Below, in pieces: positions 26,001 through 32,000 of a DNA stretch of 32,000 nucleotides. The stretch covers positions 420,001 to 452,000 of the forward strand of contig OY969938.1 in assembly GCA_963704755.1 (NCBI GenBank), given 5' to 3'. Origin of the DNA: an uncultured Chloroflexia bacterium (GTDB lineage Bacteria > Chloroflexota > Anaerolineae > Anaerolineales > Anaerolineaceae). The first letter of the stretch is position 1. Every line of letters begins with the position of its first letter. A program made the position numbers and the translations under genes. The notes below the pieces were generated by a model. It worked only from the letters and a program-made list of their open reading frames with translations. It was not told the DNA's origin and ran no database searches.

Positions 26001-28112
26001 ATGGACAAAAACTATATTGCTCCATGGGTTAGGGTAATAATTCTGATTTCCTCAATAATAATTATTTCTACTATTTCTTACTCATTCACTGGATCGATCA
26101 TACCGAATGATTCAAGAAATTCACTAATTTTCCAAAACGCATTACTACTGATAGTGATTGGAACAGCTCTACTAGAAAAATATTATACAAAACCAGCAGA
26201 TTCAATGGTAAACGCCTTAATGGGCATAATTACACTAATTAGTGTTTATAATGTTACACCTTCATTGATTTGGTGGCTAGTCTTTTCATTTGCATCCTTT
26301 GTGTTTATTCTATCAACCATTTCAACATCAATTTATTCTTTCGAGGCCAAAAATGAAAGACTAATAAAATTAGCAGACATTACATATGAGCCTGCAGTTC
26401 TTTTTGGGCAAGCCCGGATATTTTATTCAATATTGTTCTTATTTGCAGTTTTCACCTTTAAAGGGATTCAATCAAATCAAACTGTGGAGTTGGTGATATT
26501 TTGGGCAATTTTTGTTGTTATTTGGCCACTTAGAGTTCCACAGCTAATAACTAATATTTTTTCTTCCCAAATGAAGCATAAGCCACTAGGCTTTGTTACT
26601 AGAACCGATTGGCCTAACATAATTCGAATTGCTGTTCAACCAAACATGGAATGGAAAAGTACATCGATTAAAATTTTCCAGCAAGCAAATGGAAAACAAA
26701 ACTTAGTTTTGCCTTTATATTACGAACCTCAAGGGGAGCAAATGGTTGGAACTGGTTTAGTGGTTAAGGAAAACGAAAAGAAATTGCCTAATTTAAAAAA
26801 TGGGTTCATTTATGATCCTGATAAAGATTTCATAATTTCAGATTCAGAAATTTCTCAGGCCTTAGGCGGTGGTGCGCAATCCAAACTAATAGGTTTCATA
26901 GTTGAAGAATCAACAACCTCCGAAATAAAATTCGAAATATGGAATCCACATGAATGTCGAGAGGGAATGCTTATTTGGTGTGACATTGAAGGAAACCGCG
27001 TATATTATCAAATAGCGAGTGGTTCAACTAAAGAAGAGACATTCCAAACTAATCGACACGGGTTTCAGCTTGGAATTGCAGCTCAATTAGGTATTCTTGA
27101 CAAAGGAGCGGGCTTCATAAAATATTTGTGGATACCAAAAATGAATTCTCCTGTTTTTTATGAAGGAAATGAATTTGGGGAATCAGAATCAATAATTCAG
27201 CCGGGAGATTTCGTTTATGGGAATATTCCTGGTACAAACCTTAGAATTGGCGGTGCCTTTACCATTAACATGGATCACCATACTGCCATTCTTGGAATAA
27301 CCGGTTCAGGAAAAACAGAATTGGCTTTTGATCTTATTAGGCATTCAATTAATCAAGGGATAAAAGTAATTTGCATTGATTTGACGGCTAGATATGAGTT
27401 TAGATTGAACGATCTACATCTTAACAATTTGACTCTTTCTCCTGAAATCATTCGTGAGCTTAATTTGAGATTATTTGATGTAGAAACGGGAAAATTCGGT
27501 GCTCCAGATGAAAAAAAAGCTCTTCAAGATTTCTCACAAGAAATTAGGCAAAATGTACAAAATGTTCTAAAAGGCTTCTTAGAAAAGTCCGATGAAAATA
27601 ATCAAATTGGGATGATTACGCTAGAAGAAATCTCAAATACAAAAGCCACATTATATATAACAGAAATGTATTTAACTTGTCTTTTGCATCTTAAACGTGA
27701 GAATACAAACTCGACACCTAAGATTCTAATCGTTGTTGAAGAAGCGCATACGGTAATGCCAGAACCAAGTACTATGGGGTTAGGAGATTTTGATTTAAAA
27801 GGTCTAGTTGGAAAAATATCACAAATAGCCCTTCAAGGTAGAAAATATGGTGTTGGCTTATTAGTAATCGCTCAAAGAACTGCAACTGTCAGCAAATCAA
27901 TATTAACTCAGTGTAATACAGTAATAAGCTTTAACTGTTTCGATGATACTAGCCTAGGTTTTTTAAGTAACATTTTTGGATCCAGTTTTGTGCCATTAAT
28001 TCCAAATCTTCCTCCGTTAAATGCAATTGTGTTTGGAAAAGGCGTTCGTAGTCAAAGGCCTGTAATCATCCAAATACCCTTTGATGAAGAGAAAGCTAAA
28101 GCTCTCACATAA
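26001..28112 (+). CDS. Membrane-anchored HerA/DUF87-family (FtsK-HerA superfamily) ATPase
   Basis: 703 aa. About 6 predicted TM helices in residues 1-185 and a beta-rich middle region (possible HAS-barrel). Walker A ILGITGSGKT (27294-27317). Walker B ILIVVEEAHTVMPE (from 27723). GRKYGVGLLVIAQRTATVSKSILTQCNTVISF is typical of HerA/DUF87. Confidence 0.8.
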   Translation: MDKNYIAPWVRVIILISSIIIISTISYSFTGSIIPNDSRNSLIFQNALLLIVIGTALLEKYYTKPADSMVNALMGIITLISVYNVTPSLIWWLVFSFASFVFILSTISTSIYSFEAKNERLIKLADITYEPAVLFGQARIFYSILFLFAVFTFKGIQSNQTVELVIFWAIFVVIWPLRVPQLITNIFSSQMKHKPLGFVTRTDWPNIIRIAVQPNMEWKSTSIKIFQQANGKQNLVLPLYYEPQGEQMVGTGLVVKENEKKLPNLKNGFIYDPDKDFIISDSEISQALGGGAQSKLIGFIVEESTTSEIKFEIWNPHECREGMLIWCDIEGNRVYYQIASGSTKEETFQTNRHGFQLGIAAQLGILDKGAGFIKYLWIPKMNSPVFYEGNEFGESESIIQPGDFVYGNIPGTNLRIGGAFTINMDHHTAILGITGSGKTELAFDLIRHSINQGIKVICIDLTARYEFRLNDLHLNNLTLSPEIIRELNLRLFDVETGKFGAPDEKKALQDFSQEIRQNVQNVLKGFLEKSDENNQIGMITLEEISNTKATLYITEMYLTCLLHLKRENTNSTPKILIVVEEAHTVMPEPSTMGLGDFDLKGLVGKISQIALQGRKYGVGLLVIAQRTATVSKSILTQCNTVISFNCFDDTSLGFLSNIFGSSFVPLIPNLPPLNAIVFGKGVRSQRPVIIQIPFDEEKAKALT

Positions 28113-28207
28113 TGCTTTATTGCAGAAATAAAATAGGTATATTGTATTAAATTAAGATTGCTTTTTGTAATCTAGATCATTTCCCAATGGATTTTCTCAT
28201 TAACCTA

Positions 28208-28227
28208 TTGTTTCCCGCGGGATACAA
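28208..28227. promoter_or_regulatory. Candidate operator of the toxin-antitoxin module
   Basis: 20-bp near-perfect palindrome ttgtTtcccgcgggaTacaa with a perfect 10-bp core tcccgcggga, ending 8 nt before the toxin-remnant ATG. Confidence 0.45.
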
Positions 28228-28234
28228 TGATTGT

Positions 28235-28420
28235 ATGATTGAGATTCGAGAAACCGATGAATATAAGGAATGGTTAATCTCTTTGAAAGATAAAAGGGCA
28301 AAAGTCAGGATCGATATCCGGATTCGAAGAGGCTTCTCAAGAAATTTCAGGGATATAAAGCTAAAAGGATATACAGCGAGCACACGAAATTGCTCAAATG
28401 CTAAAGGAATAGCCAAATGA
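28235..28420 (+). pseudogene. Decayed addiction-module killer protein (RelE/HigB superfamily)
   Basis: The N-terminus MIEIRETDEYKEWLISLKDKRAKVRIDIRIRR matches the killer-protein family. The sequence then loses similarity. A different frame ends ...AHEIAQMLKE*, which looks like the authentic C-terminus. This implies an internal deletion or frameshift of the core. Confidence 0.55.
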
Positions 28421-28737
28421 AAAAAGAACCCATTACCACCAGTCTATGGGATCCATCCGAACATCTGGAAACAGAAGAAGACATGGTAATGTACTTAGAG
28501 GCAGCCTTCGAAGAGGGCGATCCCGCATTAATTTCCGCGGCGCTGGGCGATATTGCCAGAGCCAAAGGAATGGCTCAAATCGCCGAAAAAACCGGGCTTG
28601 GTCGGACCAGCCTCTATAAAGCCTTATCGCCCGAAGGCCATCCGGATTTCGTCACCGTTCTAAAAGTGATCGATGCTCTTGGGATGAAGCTGCAGGCAAT
28701 ACCCAACAAACCCTATACTGGCCGTCAAACGGCCTGA
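28417..28737 (+). CDS. Addiction-module antidote protein (HigA-family HTH antitoxin)
   Basis: 106 aa. LWDPSEHLETEEDMVMYLEAAFEEGDPALISAALGDIARAKGMAQIAEKTGLGRTSLYKALSPEGHPDFVTVLKVIDALGMKL is highly characteristic of this family. It overlaps the upstream ORF by 4 nt (ATGA). Confidence 0.85.
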   Translation: MKKEPITTSLWDPSEHLETEEDMVMYLEAAFEEGDPALISAALGDIARAKGMAQIAEKTGLGRTSLYKALSPEGHPDFVTVLKVIDALGMKLQAIPNKPYTGRQTA

Positions 28738-29307
28738 ACCTTTATTGTTCGCTTTGGTCTGACCACCCCATGCGAAGGACTTCTGTCCCACGCATAGGTT
28801 TTCTTTCTTTTTCGACCGCCTCGCTCATTGCCAAATACCTGGGCTGATCGACGTCCAGTCCCCGCAGCGAGGCAAAGGGCTAGGCTAACAGTTACAGCCT
28901 TTATCCATAAATATCTAGGCGAGGGACTTCCGTCCTGGAGATTTGTAATTAAGTATGGCTTCAAAAAGGTATTAATCACTGGTTTTTCTTGAAAAAACAA
29001 GCGAATGTTTGTCCCAGTTTTAGGATCAGAAGTGGAAGAATCAACTTTTTTTGTAATTAAGATTGTCCTTATCCATGAAGAAACGCCAAAAAGCCTATGT
29101 ATTGTCAATGTCACCCCCCCCGATTATTGAACACATGTGTCTGAGAAAGTGTGGGCAGCAAAAATAGCATGTGGAAACTTGAGTGTAGAGTGAAAATGGT
29201 CGAAATCAAACGTTTATGTGTCTTAAAATGTACCAGGCTGCCTAAATAGTCGACAGGTGACCCGGCTGCTTTTCCAAAGTGACTGTGATACTCTGCCAAA
29301 AAAGCGA

Positions 29308-29592
29308 TTATTGGTTGACAGGCTGATAAATCAGGGCCAAGGTTCCGGAATGGAGTGTCTTGCGTTCGACAAGCCGCATTTTGCGCATGGCCGTCCCTTC
29401 CGCGAAGAACCGTCTTCCTATGCCTATAACGAATGGTTCGATCAGGATGACATCTTCTGCTTTGAACGTTTTTTTACCATATTCCTGCCTCAGTCCTTTT
29501 ATGATATCCGGATTTTGCTCGCAGTTACCAATTTTCTTTGGACCAGCTATTGGGTTCATCAGCAATTTGTCGGATATAATACTTTTACCCAA
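29308..29592 (-). pseudogene. Remnant of a RibD_C / dihydrofolate-reductase-like gene
   Basis: The C-terminal piece ...EDVILIEPFVIGIGRRFFAEGTAMRKMRLVERKTLHSGTLALIYQPV matches the family's DELxLxxxPVxLGxGxxLF...LxLxxxxxFxxGxVxLxY pattern. The central Rossmann segment is missing. Possible N-terminal fragments lie in another frame up to about 29715. Confidence 0.45.
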
Positions 29593-29765
29593 TTAAAGAA
29601 AAAACATTTTCTCTTTCGTTCCAGAGATATGGCCAAGTAGTCATAACGCAGAATTCCATAATAGTTAATTGTATCACTTGATCGCCAGATACATCTCCCA
29701 GAAGGTGGATGGTAATCATGTGGAGGCCTAGTGCACTTGCGGTGTGAAGCTGGAAGGAGTTCCCA

Positions 29766-30722
29766 ATGACGAAGGCCAAGCAATTGTCCGCCTCAAGGAA
29801 GAATTTGCCAACCACGCCCGAAAACCCTTGGAAGGACTTTCGGGGTTGGAACAGGAAGAAACCTTCCTGGCTTGTAATCGCCGTTTGTGTCCTGGCAATA
29901 GCAGGGCTATCTTGGGCCGCATATCTTCGATTTAATACAGGTCTTGATTGGGCAGAGTGGACAGGATTGAGAGGTAGAAGCTTTGCCGAGTGGGTAGGAT
30001 TGGCAGAATTTACACCACCTGGAGCAGATTACCAACGGGGTAAAACATTATGGGATTGGCTGGATTTACTTATTGTTCCCTTCTTTTTGGCAATTGGCGC
30101 ATTATTGTTCAATCGACAAGAGAAGATTAGAGAACTAAGAACAGCTAAGGATCACCAGCAGCAAAGCTTTTTAGTCGATTACTTAGATAAAATGTCTGAA
30201 CTGCTGCTCAAGGAAGACCTATTTGGAAAAAAAGCAAATGTAGGTGATCCCGTGAGAAGGGTAGCCCAGACAAGAACAACCACTGTATTACGAATATTAG
30301 ATAAAAGTCGAAGGAAAATAGTGATACAGTTTTTGCGTGATGCGGGTTTGGTAGACGGTTTACTTATTGGTGCCTGGTTGAGTGGCGCTGATCTGAGCGA
30401 TATAAATTTATATGAAACAAATTTGAGTAAAGCAGATTTCTATGGGACTGATTTACAGGGAGCTTTATTACAAAAAGCCAACCTTCAGGAAGCCAATCTA
30501 AATTGGGCCAACCTGGAAGGAGCCTTTCTGATATCCGCCAACCTAAAAAGTGCTGAACTTATATGGGCTAAACTAGGCTGGGCTAATTTATCTGCCGCCG
30601 ATTTAAGTGGAGCCCACTTCGAACAAGCTGACCTTCTGAGAGCAAGAGTCTCAGATGAACAATTATCCACAGCTGCTTCACTAGCAGGCGCAACCATGCC
30701 TGATGGCTCGGTGCACGAATAA
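29766..30722 (+). CDS. Membrane-anchored pentapeptide-repeat protein
   Basis: GGAAGGAG RBS. Two TM helices (SWLVIAVCVLAIAGLSWAAYL; LLIVPFFLAIGALLF). C-terminal run of A(D/N)LxX repeats: GADLSDINLYETNLSKADFYGTDLQGALLQKANLQEANLNWANLEGAFLISANLKSAEL... Confidence 0.85.
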   Translation: MTKAKQLSASRKNLPTTPENPWKDFRGWNRKKPSWLVIAVCVLAIAGLSWAAYLRFNTGLDWAEWTGLRGRSFAEWVGLAEFTPPGADYQRGKTLWDWLDLLIVPFFLAIGALLFNRQEKIRELRTAKDHQQQSFLVDYLDKMSELLLKEDLFGKKANVGDPVRRVAQTRTTTVLRILDKSRRKIVIQFLRDAGLVDGLLIGAWLSGADLSDINLYETNLSKADFYGTDLQGALLQKANLQEANLNWANLEGAFLISANLKSAELIWAKLGWANLSAADLSGAHFEQADLLRARVSDEQLSTAASLAGATMPDGSVHE

Positions 30723-31272
30723 AAAGTATGGAAGAAGCAAGATGAATGACATTGAATAGAACGCGTGCAGTAACAGAAAGCTCGTGAGATGCTTCGATAA
30801 CTCTTTCTAAAGCAAAGAGTTTTGTATCGCTCTCTATGAACAGCACACAATTTGCAGATGAACCAGTTATTGGGGGCAGGTCAACGGTTGATAGCTTAAA
30901 AAGTATGAATGATGTAACTCATCTGGCCCATCCAGCAAATCGCAACCGAAAATATTTTAAAAGGCAAGTCATACTTCCGCTTTGGGTTTACCGATAGATG
31001 TTAAAAGGCTTGTTACATCCCAAAATACTCCAAGCACTTTCCTGAAACGACCGAGCTTGAAAAGAGGCACTTTGGAATCTTTTCTTGGGAGATACATATT
31101 TCCACTAACGCATTTGATAAAGAGATTTAGCAATTATAAAACGAAAGCCCCGACGAGCATATGTTTATTGCATTTACTACCAGGCAATCTCAATACTAGA
31201 GGGCGAACTTTCGAATATTATAATAAGTGAAAGTTTCCCCACCTTATATGAAACAAGTAAAGCGAAAAAACG

Positions 31273-32000
31273 ATGGATTTGACGAACAGCTTATACAATA
31301 TTGATTGTCTAAAATTAATTGAACGTTTGCCATCAAAAAGCATAGATTTAGTCTATTTAGATCCCCCTTGGACAACTTTTCGGTTGCCATATAAATTTAG
31401 GACGTATGGTGACGAAAAAGAAACCGATTATTTTTTGTTCTTGTCAAGACGCTTACAGCACATTCACAGAATCCTGAAAGAAACTGGAAATTTATTCTTT
31501 CATATAAACACAGAAAACTCACATCAAATCCACCTTCTAATCGACCACTATTTCGGGATTGAAAATTTTCGGTCTCAATATATTCTTCCCTATTTAGATT
31601 ATTCAGTGATCCTTTATCATGGGAAAACATCCGAGTCGATTTATAACCCTCAAATAAGGCCATATAAAAGTGAAGAAATAGAAGCAAGATACCCAAGTGA
31701 GGATGAACGCGGCAGATACCGCTTGATAAGTTTGATCACACCAAACGACTGTCCAAGTCTCCGATTTGAGTGGAATGGGATAACACCCCCCGCTGGACGT
31801 TCATGGAAAGTTAGCCGTGAACGGCTAAACCAACTTCAATTGGAAAATCTGGTTTCCTTCGGAATATCTAGCAATATTCCTTCAAAGAAGGAATATTGCG
31901 ATGAAGAGAAAGGATTACCAATACCGAGCATTTGGGATGACATAAACTACTTTATTCCGCAAGATGAAAGGACAGGCTTTGTCGCCCAACAAAGCATTGA
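31273..32000 (+). CDS. DNA methyltransferase (N6-adenine/N4-cytosine, N6_N4_Mtase family, beta-type motif order), 5' partial
   Basis: Not in the ORF track because it has no stop in the window. ATG 31273 gives MDLTNSLYNIDCLKLIERLPSKSIDLVYLDPPW (motif IV DPPW)...LQHIHRILKETGNLFFHIN...HLLIDHYFGIENFRSQ...RYRLISL...SIWDDINYFIPQDERTGFVAQQSI, open to nt 32000. Confidence 0.75.
   Translation, partial: MDLTNSLYNIDCLKLIERLPSKSIDLVYLDPPWTTFRLPYKFRTYGDEKETDYFLFLSRRLQHIHRILKETGNLFFHINTENSHQIHLLIDHYFGIENFRSQYILPYLDYSVILYHGKTSESIYNPQIRPYKSEEIEARYPSEDERGRYRLISLITPNDCPSLRFEWNGITPPAGRSWKVSRERLNQLQLENLVSFGISSNIPSKKEYCDEEKGLPIPSIWDDINYFIPQDERTGFVAQQSI

Larger units (their letters stand above)
24845..32000. other. 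AT-rich segment 3: accessory island that continues past the window end
   Basis: Composition drops abruptly at about 24840. It contains defence-like, toxin-antitoxin and methyltransferase genes plus gene remnants, and no recombinase is seen. Confidence 0.6.

Noticed and set aside
28772-28938. Two similar about 18-nt segments (gcgaaggacttctgtccc and gcgagggacttccgtcct), each able to form a GGAC-UUCN-GUCC mini-hairpin. Considered as a possible ncRNA or repeat element.
   Set aside because: There are only two imperfect copies (about 16/20 identity), with 4-bp stems, and no flanking conserved structure that I can see. The evidence is insufficient without covariation or expression data.
28725-29640. 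ORFs 28725-29114 (-), 29111-29299 (-) and 29257-29640 (+).
   Set aside because: Their translations are low-complexity or odd, with no start context. The + ORF is simply antisense to the DHFR-like remnant. I treat the region as non-coding or decayed.
30360-30660. 15-nt periodicity in the DNA sequence, considered as a tandem or CRISPR-like repeat.
   Set aside because: The periodicity is the coding signature of A(D/N)LxX pentapeptide repeats inside an intact ORF. There is no repeat-spacer organisation.

Overview
The window is a compositional mosaic. A GC-rich backbone is interrupted by three visibly AT-rich segments at about 1-1400, 10540-13800 and 24845-32000. The backbone carries envelope, regulatory and lipid genes. 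Its lineage is unknown; Chloroflexota-like is only a guess from protein style.

Backbone genes:
- a lipoprotein
- an ICMT-family methyltransferase
- a TetR regulator with an 883-aa rifampicin-phosphotransferase-like PEP-utilising enzyme
- a secreted C39-like peptidase
- a YciI/DGPF protein with an ECF42-type sigma factor
- a MerR regulator followed by two broken oxidoreductase genes
- a DUF2255 protein
- a NarL/HisKA_3 two-component pair
- an acyltransferase / GT2 / acyltransferase operon
- two tandem paralogous small secreted 4-Cys proteins

AT-rich island cargo:
- Island 1 holds the C-terminal end of a large protein that starts upstream of the window.
- Island 2 holds a tightly coupled ABC-ATPase + DUF4435/Toprim pair, which is PARIS (AriA/AriB)-like.
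- Island 3 holds a divergent pair: a polytopic membrane protein and a 703-aa HerA/DUF87 ATPase fused to about six N-terminal transmembrane helices. I consider this pair the best candidate for an undescribed system.
- Island 3 also holds a HigB/HigA-type module with a decayed toxin, a DHFR-like gene remnant, a membrane-anchored pentapeptide-repeat protein, and the 5' part of a beta-class DNA methyltransferase that runs off the window.

I found no tRNA, rRNA, CRISPR array, integrase or transposase. At least four backbone genes are disrupted, three by frameshifts and one by an in-frame TAG. All homology calls were made by eye from motifs, with no searches run.
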